Positions 10,891 to 21,285 of a stretch of DNA of 25,222 nt are shown piece after piece. Both the position numbers and the translations under genes were made by a program. Location: the NCBI RefSeq assembly GCF_006345805.1, contig NW_021836120.1, positions 1-25,222 of the forward strand, in the 5' to 3' direction. Each line of letters starts with the position of its first letter. Position 1 is the first letter of the stretch. The notes below the pieces were generated by a model that saw only the letters and a program-made list of their open reading frames with translations, made no database searches and had not been told where the DNA came from. The DNA is from Octopus sinensis (lineage: Eukaryota).

Positions 10891-11448
10891 CACACACACG
10901 CAAGTGCAGAATCGTCATCAAAATTGCTGTTTTCATCAGCGTAATCACCGTCGTCATCGTCGTCGTCTCCTGTGGTCATCGTCGTTGTCATCATTAATTA
11001 ACATCAAGCTAAAACATCCAATTGAAACAAATCAGTTATATATTGAGAAACATCTAACAGCCAGCCAAAAATAGCTGCAACTGCAATATCTGAAAGACAA
11101 AACCAATTAGTTAGAAATTATCTGCAATCAACATTGTAGCAACTGGCGAGACGCTCAAAATTGAATACATAAAACACACACACTCGCTTTGCAATATTTA
11201 CGGACGTAATTTCAACGTCTCTATCGAAACACAATGGGGACTCTAAACATAATGAAAACATAAAAGAGGAAAATCAGAGAAAATCATTTTTCCAGTGATT
11301 CAATCATTGGCTGACCGACTTTCTGACCAGGCGATTATCTCCAACGTACTGAAAGTTAGAAACAAACGAATAAACACGCAAACATGCAGGCAAATATGTA
11401 GAATCATGCATTTGTACAATTTGTGTGCGTGTATATATATATATATAT

Positions 11449-11559
11449 GAGATAATGGTGTCGTTGAGACCCAAAGGTGTCCTAGAAACAGCTGTAACCT
11501 TCTATCTGTAATATCTATACAGAGTTTTGTTTTTGTTTTTTCTTATTACGCAAAATATC

Positions 11560-11562
<3 letters not shown>
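11449..11562 (+). mobile_element. 114-bp insert in (TA)n with a hammerhead-like 3' half (GAAAC-AGCT-GTA)
   Basis: (TA)n on both sides; GGT...GAAAC-AGCT-GTA-ACC with palindromic ACAGCTGT stem III and GGT/ACC stem I; 5' core non-canonical (GTCGTTGAG). Confidence 0.45.
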
Positions 11563-11600
<38 letters not shown>

Positions 11601-11637
11601 TATATATATATATATATGCATGTACTTAATGACTGAC

Positions 11638-11729
11638 AAAGGGAGGTAAGTACCCAGCATACAGAGCCGGATCGTGATTTCGGATTCTGCTGGAAACCAG
11701 CTGCGTACGCTGCGGATGTACCTCCCTTT
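11638..11729. mobile_element. Small palindromic MITE-like element
   Basis: AAAGGGAGGTA (11638-11648) is the exact reverse complement of TACCTCCCTTT (11719-11729), with further imperfect pairing CAGCATAC/GTACGCTG inside. Confidence 0.65.
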
Positions 11730-11932
11730 TTTAATCTCTAAATCAGTGATTTTGTAGCGTTTGAGTTTGTTTAACCTTTAGCAAAAGCGGTGCTAGTCTG
11801 TACCCCCTGTCAAATTCGTGATATCTATTAATTTTGACTTTAAGTTCTAATTGTTAATAAGCCACTCTTTTAATTTTTGCTATAATATATATAATATATA
11901 TAATATATTATATATATATTATATATATATAT

Positions 11933-11934
<2 letters not shown>

Positions 11935-12024
<90 letters not shown>
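11935..12024. repeat. (AGAT)n, about 22 units
   Basis: Directly visible perfect tetranucleotide repeat. Confidence 0.98.
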
Positions 12025-12069
12025 CAAATCGGATGGGTTATACCTGGTGTAGCACAATCACTTTCTTCT

Positions 12070-12307
12070 GTTTCTTTCGGACATCACCTTGGAGAATTTT
12101 TAGTCGACTGAATCGACGATAGTGCTTATTTTTTCAAACCTGGCACATATTCTATCGATCTCTTTTGGCGAACCGCTAAGGAACGGTGTGTAAACATGGT
12201 GAGCTTGAGGCTATAGTAGAAGACATGCCCAATGTCACAGCAGTGGGAGTGAACCCGGGGCCATTCGGTCAGGACTTAAGCTTCTTACCACACACCCAAA
12301 CCTGAGC
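12070..12307 (-). mobile_element. SINE family A (older subfamily) with a large internal deletion
   Basis: 3'-half motifs (TTTTAGTCGACTGAATCGAC, CTCTTTTGGCGAACCGCTAAG) joined directly to CORE/head motifs (GAGGCTATAGTAGAAGACA...CTTACCACACA); the internal microsatellite is missing. Confidence 0.8.
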
Positions 12308-12320
12308 CTATATATGATAT

Positions 12321-12378
12321 GATTGATTGATTGATTCTAGTTTCAGCTTATGAGCTGTGGCCATGCTGGGGCACCGCC
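12321..12378 (-). mobile_element. Variant SINE/LINE 3' end with (AATC)n tail
   Basis: Minus strand GGCGGTGCCCCAGCATGGCCACAGCTCATAAGCTGAAACTAG(AATC)n shares the family A terminus but has a different hairpin. Confidence 0.7.
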
Positions 12379-12509
12379 ATATATGAGTGAGTGGACAATC
12401 GAAAGAAAGGAAACTCAGCATATTTATCGGAAGTTAGCGGTCTAAAAAGAGGCTCCGTTGGGGGCTTCGAAACTTGAAGTTGCACAGAATCCGCATCAAA
12501 AACTTTTGA

Positions 12510-12525
12510 ACAACACACAACACAC

Positions 12526-12588
<63 letters not shown>

Positions 12589-12632
12589 ACACACACACGT
12601 ACACACACACACACATACACACACACATACAT
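12510..12632. repeat. (CA)n microsatellite
   Basis: Directly visible. Confidence 0.98.
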
Positions 12633-12849
12633 TTATACCACGTTGCTGGTCAAGCCAGAATTGTTTTACGAAATACATCAGCAGAAATAACAGATTCAGA
12701 AATTAACGCAGGAGTGGCTGTGTGGTAAGTAGCTTGCTTACCAACCACATGGTTCCGGGTTCAGTCCCACTGCGTGGCATCTTGGCTGAGTGAGTAGACG
12801 GCAACTGAAAAAATCCCTTCGTATATATGTATGTGTATATATATATATA

Positions 12850-12888
<39 letters not shown>

Positions 12889-12928
12889 TATTATATATAT
12901 TATAATATATAACATATATATATATATA

Positions 12929-13159
12929 CAAGGACTTTGAACACACAAGAGTAACCAAGATAGACAGAGACAGGCAGAGACAAGGAAAATGCCACTTGTA
13001 TTTGAACACTACACAAATATTCTTTAAAAAAATCTTTTCTTTTAATTTTTCCAAATTTAATTATTTAATTGTTACAGTTGAGAAAGTCTCAATGACTGAA
13101 ACCGGTACTGAAATGTTTTTTTATAAAATTATTTTAGTATTTTCTATCTTGGCCTTTTT

Positions 13160-13162
<3 letters not shown>
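12929..13162 (+). mobile_element. Hammerhead-bearing non-coding insert (Penelope-pLTR/retrozyme-like remnant)
   Basis: Unique 234 bp between (TA)n tracts, containing a minimal hammerhead followed by T-rich sequence. Confidence 0.6.
13075..13110 (+). ncRNA. Minimal type I hammerhead ribozyme with U3:A8 covariant core
   Basis: CAG-TTGAGAA-AGTC-TCAAT-GACT-GAAAC-CG-GTA-CTG: stem I CAG/CTG, stem II AGTC/GACT, palindromic stem III ACCGGT, GUA triplet. Confidence 0.7.
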
Positions 13163-13197
<35 letters not shown>

Positions 13198-13205
13198 GTG
13201 TGTGT

Positions 13206-13238
<33 letters not shown>

Positions 13239-13927
13239 GTCACCTCAGCATTGCGTGTTTACGTTCCAGTAACTTAGCTGTTCGGGAAAAGGTACCGATA
13301 GAATAAGTACTAGGCTTACAAAGAATAAGTCCTGGGGTCGATTTGCTCGACTATCATCGGTGCTCCAGCATGACCGCAGTCAAATGACTGAAACAAGTAA
13401 AAGAGAGAGAGTAAATGAGAGAGTGTGTTCGAGCCAGGAGCTACATCGTTTTCAACTGAAATTCTTTATCATACAGCAATGGCTGGCATTTAGAAGATAT
13501 AATCACGACTCATTCTTCGAATAAGGCAATCTAATAGCTTCTAATTAAAAAATATCAACAACAGTGACAAGAATGGCAACAATAACTTCAAGAATAATAT
13601 TTCACTTCTAATAACATAAATGGATTAATCTACGAATTTGAATCTGAGAATGATTTAAAAATTCATATAAAACACAAAAGAAAACAAGAAAACTGCAAAG
13701 AAGCGAAATAGAAAGAAAGAAATATGAGGAAGAAATAAAAATACAATTCTAAAAGGAATAGGAAGAATGAATTAATATTTATAGATAATTCGGAAAAGCG
13801 AAATTAATATTTCAAGATTATTCCAAATATCGAATTTATATTTGAAATAATTCGGCTTACCATATATATATATGTATATATATAAGATATTATATAAAAT
13901 ATTATATAATATAATGCAAGTGCAATA

Positions 13928-13974
13928 ATGATGATGATGATAATAATAATAATAATAATAATAATATAATAATA

Positions 13975-14013
<39 letters not shown>
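13928..14013. repeat. (GAT)n/(AAT)n trinucleotide repeat
   Basis: Directly visible. Confidence 0.97.
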
Positions 14014-14017
14014 CATA

Positions 14018-14425
14018 GGCGCAGGAGTGGCTGTGTGGTAAGTAGCTTGCTAACCAACCACATGGTTCCGGGTTCAGTCCCACTGCGTGGCATCTTGGGC
14101 AACTGTCTTCTGCTATAGCCCCGGGCCGACCAATGCCTTGTGAGTGGATTTGGTAGACGGAAACTGAAAGAAGCCTGTCGTATATATATATGTATATATA
14201 TATGTATGTATGTGTGTGTATGTGTTTGTGTGTCTGTGTTTGTCCCCCTAGCATTGCTTGACAACCGATGCTGGTGTGTTTACGTCCCTGTCACCCAGCG
14301 GTTCGTAAAAGAGACCGATAGAATAAGTACTGGGCTTACAAAGAATAAGTCCCGGGGTCGATTTGCTCGACTAAAGGCGGTGCTCCAGCATGGCCGCAGT
14401 GAAATGACTGAAACAAGTAAAAGAG
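14018..14425 (+). mobile_element. SINE family A, full length, best-preserved copy
   Basis: Complete head (A/B-box-like), CORE-like ATCTTGGGCAACTGTC segment, internal (TA)n(TG)n, 3' end GGCGGTGCTCCAGCATGGCCGCAGTGAAATGACTGAAACAAGTAAAAGAG. Confidence 0.97.
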
Positions 14426-14451
14426 AAAAAAAAAATAATAATAACAATAAT

Positions 14452-14663
14452 ACTTTCTACTGTAGGCACAAGGCCTGAAATTTTAGGGAAGGGGATAGTC
14501 GATTATATCGACCCCAGTGTTTTACTGGTACTTATTTTATCGACCTCGAGAGAACGAAAGGCAAAGTCAACCAAGGCAGAATTTGAACTCAGAATATAAA
14601 GACGGACGAAATACCGCTCAGCATTTCGCCCGGTGTGCTAACGATTCTGCCATCTCGCCTTCT
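14452..14663 (-). mobile_element. SINE family B, full length (trimer unit 1)
   Basis: Minus strand head GGCGAGATGGCAGAATCGTTAGCAC, B-box-like GAGTTCAAATT, core GACTTTGCCTTTC, end GTAGAAAG. Confidence 0.92.
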
Positions 14664-14681
14664 TTAATGATAATAATATTG

Positions 14682-14892
14682 CTTTCTACTATAAGCACAG
14701 CACCTGAAACTTTGGGAGAGGAGACTAGTCTATTACATCGACACAAGGGCATAATTGGTTCTTATTTAATCGACCCTGAAAAGATGAAAGGCAAGGTCGA
14801 AGTCAGTGGAATTTGAACTCACAAAGAAGCGACAGACGAAATACCTCTAAGCATTTTGCCCGGTGTGCCAACTATTCTGCTTGCTCGCCGCC
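14682..14892 (-). mobile_element. SINE family B, full length (trimer unit 2)
   Basis: Same architecture; head GGCGGCGAGCAAGCAGAATAG, B-box-like GAGTTCAAATT. Confidence 0.92.
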
Positions 14893-14911
14893 TTTAACAA
14901 TAAAGATAATC

Positions 14912-15123
14912 CTTTCTACTAGAGGCACAAGGCCTGAAATTTTTTGGGGAGGGGTTAAGCTAATTACATCTATCCCAGTATTCAACTGGTACTTAATTCG
15001 TCGAACGCGAAAGGGTGTAAGGAAAAGTCAACCTCGGCGGAATTTGATCTCAGAACGTAGCCATGGGCGAAATTCCGCTAAGCATTTCGTCCCGCGTGCT
15101 AACGATTCTTCCTGCTCGCCGCC
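14912..15123 (-). mobile_element. SINE family B, full length (trimer unit 3)
   Basis: Same architecture; head GGCGGCGAGCAGGAAGAATCGTTAGCAC preceded by (ATT)n/(ATC)n. Confidence 0.92.
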
Positions 15124-15124
15124 T

Positions 15125-15158
<34 letters not shown>

Positions 15159-15163
15159 TAATA

Positions 15164-15195
<32 letters not shown>

Positions 15196-15621
15196 AATAT
15201 TGCATATCATAATAAAAAAAAATCTAACAAACATGAAATGATATTCATATTTTAAGATTTTCGTGGTTTTTGCGCGTGGGTGTTATGAATTAAGAGTGTT
15301 ATGAAACCTAATATCATTACTTCCATTCCATCAATACCACCATCTTCAGCAGAAACCGTAAAATTAATGCGAACCAGTGACAGGACGTCTGTGCTACCTT
15401 CTCTGATCTGCTCGCAAAAAGCAGCCAAACGTCAGTGAGATCTCGTTGTTCTTTTTTTCTGGTATCAACTAATTCCAAGAAACAATAGAAGATGACACTA
15501 TTCTTCAATTGGTGGCTTCTCCAGAACATGTGGCCGTTGAATGGGGATCACCATTTGTCCAGATCTGTTCTCAGAGTTGTTGATTTGATCCAAAGGGCGT
15601 GAAACACCAGTTTGTCTACAG

Positions 15622-15728
15622 AATTTACCGGAAGAGTTGCAGAAGGCCAATATTTTGCAGCAGTTCCCTGTCGTAGCAATAAGAAAATGCAACGCAAAGT
15701 GGTTGTTGAGACAGGGCGAATATATCCA
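15622..15728 (+). other. Candidate 107-nt exon (unverified)
   Basis: Acceptor TTTGTCTACAG|, donor |GTAAGT; open in two frames (FTGRVAEGQYFAAVPCRSNKKMQRKVVVETGRIYP; NLPEELQKANILQQFPVVAIRKCNAKWLLRQGEYI). Confidence 0.25.
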
Positions 15729-15909
15729 GTAAGTAAGAGTCAAAAAAAATATTACTCTGAGTATCAGATAAAGTCATCACAAAGGATCATGAAAAGAAGT
15801 AGCCTAGGTATATACCTTTCTTGGTAATTTCTGTCAATATTACATAATATCTTATGTCCAGTGTAAGTGCTACCGCTCTCTTGCGTGTAGACTTGTTCTT
15901 TCTTTGTAG

Positions 15910-15980
15910 TTTCTGACGGAGAAGATCTTATCTTTTGCTATAATCAGAGAAATGATGTGTGCCTTTTCATTCACGACCCT
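15910..15980 (+). other. Candidate 71-nt exon (unverified)
   Basis: Strong acceptor CTTGTTCTTTCTTTGTAG|, donor |GTACGT; open in two frames (SDGEDLIFCYNQRNDVCLFIHDP; FLTEKILSFAIIREMMCAFSFTT). Confidence 0.25.
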
Positions 15981-16457
15981 GTACGTCAGTTGCTCACCGA
16001 AACGTATTGGTCGGTAGGATAAGTATACCAGTCTAAAGAATATGAACTTCAGTCGATTTGGTCGTCAATCCTACCATAATCGCAATCGAATGATTGAAAC
16101 AAGGAGAAGCAATAACCTTTGCATTAGTGGTCCATTCTTCTTCACTGGCACCATCGGTAAACCAACTATATTTTGTTGTAATAGATTTTCAGTGGCATTA
16201 GACTACAACGGTTTTGTTTTTTATTCAATCCTTGCATAATCAGAGGACTTATTGACATCTATTGAACGCCAACATTGAAATTTCTTCTTTCGGGGCATTA
16301 ATTAGTTATACCTATAAATATAAAATTATATATCGGTTAATTATGTTAGATCAAAGACCATATGTTATTAAAAAAGAAGAATCGATTATAGCAAAAGTGA
16401 CGAATGGAAAATATTTTATCGAGAAAGGGATCAAGAAAATCAAAATAGCCCAAGATA

Positions 16458-16530
16458 GGATTTGAACTCAGAACAAGTGAGGTTGTAGCAAGTCAATACA
16501 AGGAATATTTTCTAAAGCCAATCTATCACC
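16458..16530 (-). mobile_element. Highly degenerate SINE head remnant (family B-like B-box)
   Basis: GGATTTGAACTCAGAAC is the reverse complement of GTTCTGAGTTCAAATCC, as in family B heads. Confidence 0.4.
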
Positions 16531-16559
16531 ATGGTATTGATTAGATTTACATATTGATA

Positions 16560-16691
16560 TATATTTATTTAATATGTCTATACACACGCACTCGTACGGA
16601 AATATGTGTGTACATATGTGTGCTTTTGCATGTGTGTAAATGTATATAGTGTTTATATATTCGTGTGCATAAATTTATGATGAATATGCGC

Positions 16692-16761
<70 letters not shown>

Positions 16762-16883
16762 TTATATATATATGTATACACATATACATATATGTTATAA
16801 TATCTAGAATATATATAGATACCTATACACAGGCAAGAACACCCGTGCATATGTGCATATATATGCCTATATATGTCTGTGTT

Positions 16884-16942
<59 letters not shown>

Positions 16943-17700
16943 ATGTGTTGTGTGTGTGGTGTGTGTATGTATGTATAATATATGCATACATATCTGTACA
17001 TAAATAACTAACACATACACATATATTGCACATATACAAATCCAAATACGTAATATAAACTTATATACATGCATACACCTATACGCCAACTCTTTTCCTC
17101 TCTCTCACTCACACAAACACACAAACACACATACACATATATACACACAGACACGCATGTAAATACAAACACATACACGCATAAAAATAAGTACATCTTT
17201 AATGCTGCCGCAGTATTTTCATTGTGTAATGCGTTCGTTTTCTTCAAAGCCATTGTTATCCTCGTTCTCCATCGATTGAGGCAGAGACTTGACTGAAAGA
17301 GCATTACAACATTATAGAGCAAATTTATCTTGACAAAAGCATTTCAGAAATAACTGATTATTGACTTGTTATAGTCTTGTTATTGCCTTTTATTGTCTTG
17401 TTACAAACTAACATTACTATAATCATAAAGATTATTATTATTCCAATTCTTCATTCTTTGGTTTCGCTGCCGTGTTTATTGTTATTGTTGTTGCAATATT
17501 TTACATACATATACACATGCAAGTGTGTATGCGTGTATACGTCCACACATAAATATATATATGATTTCTATTTATATATATATGAGCTTATATGTATAGA
17601 TATATATATATTATAGCATGCCATCATCCTTGTATGTAGTCAATATATATATTATATATATATTATATATATATATATAATATATATATACATATATATG

Positions 17701-17748
<48 letters not shown>

Positions 17749-18250
17749 TATGCATATATATGTATGTAATATTATATTATATTATATAATATATATATAT
17801 ACTATATATATCCATATATATGTAGTATATATGCGTCCTTGTATGTATGTATGTATGTATGTATGTATGTATGTGTGTGTGTGTATGTATAAGATTTTCG
17901 TGTTTCTACGTGGACGTCTTTATGTTATTATCTTCCGTCATTATTTCAAAGAAATAAAAATAGATTATTTCGGTTGGGAATTGAAGGAATAATTGTAAAT
18001 GTGTTTCTCTCTGTTTCTCCCCCCACCCGACTCTCTCCTTCTCTCTTTCTTTCTCTCTCACCCCCTCTCTGTTTGTAAGTATATACAGACGTACCAACAT
18101 ACATGCATGCCTACATACATTTATATGGACATATATTTATACGCAATATAATAAATATTTAGACCTCTCCATCTCTCTATCTCTCTATCTGTCTGTCTAT
18201 TTCTCTATCTACCTATTTATCTAGCTATCTATCGATATATATACATATAT

Positions 18251-18304
<54 letters not shown>

Positions 18305-18541
18305 TGCATGAATTTGGCATATATAATATATATAATATATATATATATAAATATATGTAAATATGACGTATACATTAGTCTGTGTGTCTATATATATATA
18401 TATATCTAGATAGATAGATAGATAGATAGAGATACCTATATAGGCATGCATGCATATGTTTATATATATATATATATATGCGTACGTACATGCATACATA
18501 CATACATACATACACACGCACACACACACGCGCACACACAC

Positions 18542-18585
<44 letters not shown>

Positions 18586-18600
18586 CCACGTCTCTATATA
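16560..18600. repeat. Compound (TA)n/(TG)n/(CA)n/(TATG)n/(GATA)n microsatellite region with unique interruptions (mainly ~17180-17500 and ~17890-18220)
   Basis: Directly visible. Confidence 0.9.
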
Positions 18601-18611
18601 TGCGTACTCAC

Positions 18612-18761
18612 ACCATTAACTTCTCTTGGCGTGGGCCCTCAACTTCGAATGCAGTTGCTGGACCTCGTTATGGCACGTTGCTTTCACTAACGTGCCAGGT
18701 CTTTACGTTGTCCATTTTTCCTCTCGACCGGTCTTTGTTTTTCAGATTGCCGACTTTGTAT
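18612..18761 (-). other. Candidate 150-nt exon, probably non-coding (unverified)
   Basis: Minus strand acceptor TTTGTTTTTAACACAG| and donor |GTGAGT bracket a GC-richer island; stop codons in all three frames. Confidence 0.22.
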
Positions 18762-19129
18762 CTGTGTTAAAAACAAATTTTATGTAGCAATGCGCTATGT
18801 ACACCGCGCAGTAAAATATACAAACGAAAAGCTTCCCATATATTATACAGCCATTGATACGTTGCTAGTTATGGGAAGAAGGTGATAATGCTGTCTTTAT
18901 GTCCCTAATATTTTATAGGATTTCATTGCTTATCTTTACTTCTCAACTGTTGGTTACCGTACCGTTACGCTTGAAAGGCTTATCAAGAATGGCGAATCAG
19001 GGGTTTCCTTTGTCACACCTTGTATTTCCAAACGTGAAAATATGTTTAGAGAAATGTGGAACGATATCTGCTCCACCATTTAAACCTGGATATGAGCGCC
19101 CTATAACGATTATATCAGGTGTGTGTGTG

Positions 19130-19400
19130 TGAGTGTGTGTATTCATATATGTAGATACATGTGTGCATGTATTTATATTTATGTGTGCGTGTATATATGT
19201 TTATACTGTGCAGTTATATGCATGCGTATGTTTGTAGAGGCGCGTATTAAAAGTATATGCATACATACGTCTACGTGTTTATATATGTATATGTGTGTTT
19301 GAATGTGCGCGTGTATGTGTACAGTTTCACAAGTGTATGTATGTATGAATGTATGCATGTATGTATGCATGTATGTATGCATGTTTGCAGGCTTGTATAG
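19130..19400. repeat. Degenerate (TG)n/(TATG)n/(ATGC)n microsatellite
   Basis: Directly visible. Confidence 0.85.
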
Positions 19401-20246
19401 GCATACCTGTGTATGTGCATTGATAAATCGATATCTATAATTGTGTGTATGTCTATGTATTTTGCTGACGGTGTATGTCTTAGTAAGTACGTATGTTGAT
19501 AGATTTATTATTCTCTTGTGAGATAAGAATAAAAGGAAATCACTTAGCTATAGAACCGGAACCTTCCTAGATACATTAACACACGGAAATAAGCGATAAT
19601 CGGATTGAGGCGCGCACATATATAAACGTCTATTCATACACGCACGCGAATACAAAAGCGCACGCACATTAAACGCTGGGTAGCACACGCACGCGCATCA
19701 AGTCGCCGGCATGCCACACAGAGGCACACTTGTACACACAAGCACTCGTGCACAGTCTATGCGCATAAGCATTGACCAATCAAAACGAGACCTTAAACCA
19801 TAACGAAACATATTTACAGCCACATACTGCCAATTACACACACAGACGTTACCTATTACCCACACACACATTGCCGATTACACATACACATACATACACA
19901 TAAATAAATACATTGTTGGAAATACCAAAATGTTTATGTACACACACAAAACGCAATACTTTGAATTCCATTTTATTCAGACAGATCTGGACCAACATTG
20001 ATGCAGTCGCTGATGCTAAAAGACTATGATAACAAACCATCTGACTGACCGATAGATCAAACGACCTGCTGATCAGTAGAAGAGTCATTTACTTCGGTAG
20101 TTCACTATTAATTAATTAGTAAATATAAAAGTGAAGCGGAACCGTTGCATGTTATTTTAGCCGTGAACGACGGTGCCGGTTTACAAATGCTTCTGTGTCA
20201 ACACATGTTTTCACATGAAGAATATTGCAAAAATAATACAAATAAC

Positions 20247-20282
<36 letters not shown>

Positions 20283-20356
20283 ACGTACAAATACACAACA
20301 GATGCGCAGACACACAAGTATATGCCTGCGCGGACGCATACACACATACTCACACA

Positions 20357-20517
20357 GGCTTGGTTGCGTGGTAAGAAGCTTGCTTCCCAACCACATTGTT
20401 CCAGGTTCAGTACCACTGCGTGGCACCTTGGATGAGTGTATTCTACTTTAGTGTAGGGCCGACCAATGTCTTGTAAGTGGATTTAGTGAACGGAAACTGA
20501 AAGAAGCCTGTCGTATA

Positions 20518-20559
<42 letters not shown>

Positions 20560-21285
20560 AGAGAGAGAGAGAGAGATAGATAGAGTAAGATAGATAATAG
20601 ATAGATATAATGTGTGTATAGGAGTGGATGTGTGGTAAGTAGGCTGCTTACCAACCACATCGTTCCTGGTTCATTCCCACTGCATGGCACCTTGGTCAAG
20701 TGTCTTCTTCTATAGCCTCGGGCCGACCAAAGCCTTGAGAGTGGATTTGGTAGACGGAAAGAAGCCCGTCGTGTATATGTATGTATGTATGTGTGTGTGT
20801 GTTTATGCGTTTGTGTTTATCCCCCCACCAACATCGCTTGACAATCGATGCTGGTGTGTTAACATCCCCGTAACTTAGCGGTTCGACAAAAGAGACCGAT
20901 GGAATAAGTACTAGGCTTACAAAGAATAAGTCCTGGGTTCCATTTGCTCGACTAAAGGCTGTGCTCCAGCATGGCTGCAGTCAAATGACTGAAACAATTA
21001 AAAGAGTAAAAAAAAGTATATATATATAAGAATACAAAAAATGGGGCAAGAACATAACAGGCGACAACAAAACATCAAGACAGATGATACGATAAGGGAC
21101 AAGAAAAGCAAGAACGTGTGTGCGTGTGTGTGTCCGAATGTATGAGAGTGTATGTGTGTGCGTGTGTGAATGTGTTCGTGTTCGTCCCCCCACCACCGCT
21201 TGATATGCGCTGTTAGTGTGTTTGCGCCTCCCCAAATTATCGATCCCACAAAAGAAACCGATTGAATAAGTACCAGTGTGAAGTA
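20357..21285 (+). mobile_element. Outer SINE family A-like copy (head/CORE 20357-20513; degenerate 3' half ~21175-21285) split by nested insertions
   Basis: Head GGTTGCGTGGTAAGAAGCTTGCTTCCCAACCAC...AAGAAGCCTGTCG; the 3' half resumes after (TG)n as CCCCCACCACCGCTTGA...AAAAGAAACCGATTGAATAAGTACC. Confidence 0.65.
20618..21010 (+). mobile_element. SINE family A, full length, nested in the microsatellite of the outer copy
   Basis: Complete head-to-tail match to 14018-14425, ending GCAGTCAAATGACTGAAACAATTAAAAGAG. Confidence 0.93.

Larger units (their letters stand above)
12707..13413 (+). mobile_element. SINE family A split by a 234-bp insert in its internal (TA)n
   Basis: Head and partly deleted CORE at 12707-12822; 3' half at ~13237-13413; (TA)n tracts on both sides of the 12929-13162 insert. 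Confidence 0.85.

Noticed and set aside
14018-14095. tRNA gene
   Set aside because: A/B-box-like motifs are present, but there is no complete cloverleaf and it continues into the SINE body; it is a SINE head.
13772-14478. ORFs such as MPRSGTEPGTMWLVSKLLTTQP recurring at several loci
   Set aside because: Antisense or sense translations of SINE family A; recurrence reflects repeat copies, not a protein family.
15974-16012. CGACC...GAAACGTATTGGTCG hammerhead-like arrangement
   Set aside because: The 5' core (CTGTACG) misses CUGANGA at four positions; equally explained by the candidate splice donor.
16040-16190. Minus-strand WFTDGAS resembling an RNase H motif
   Set aside because: Isolated motif in a ~50-codon stop-bounded frame with no other RNase H or RT motifs.
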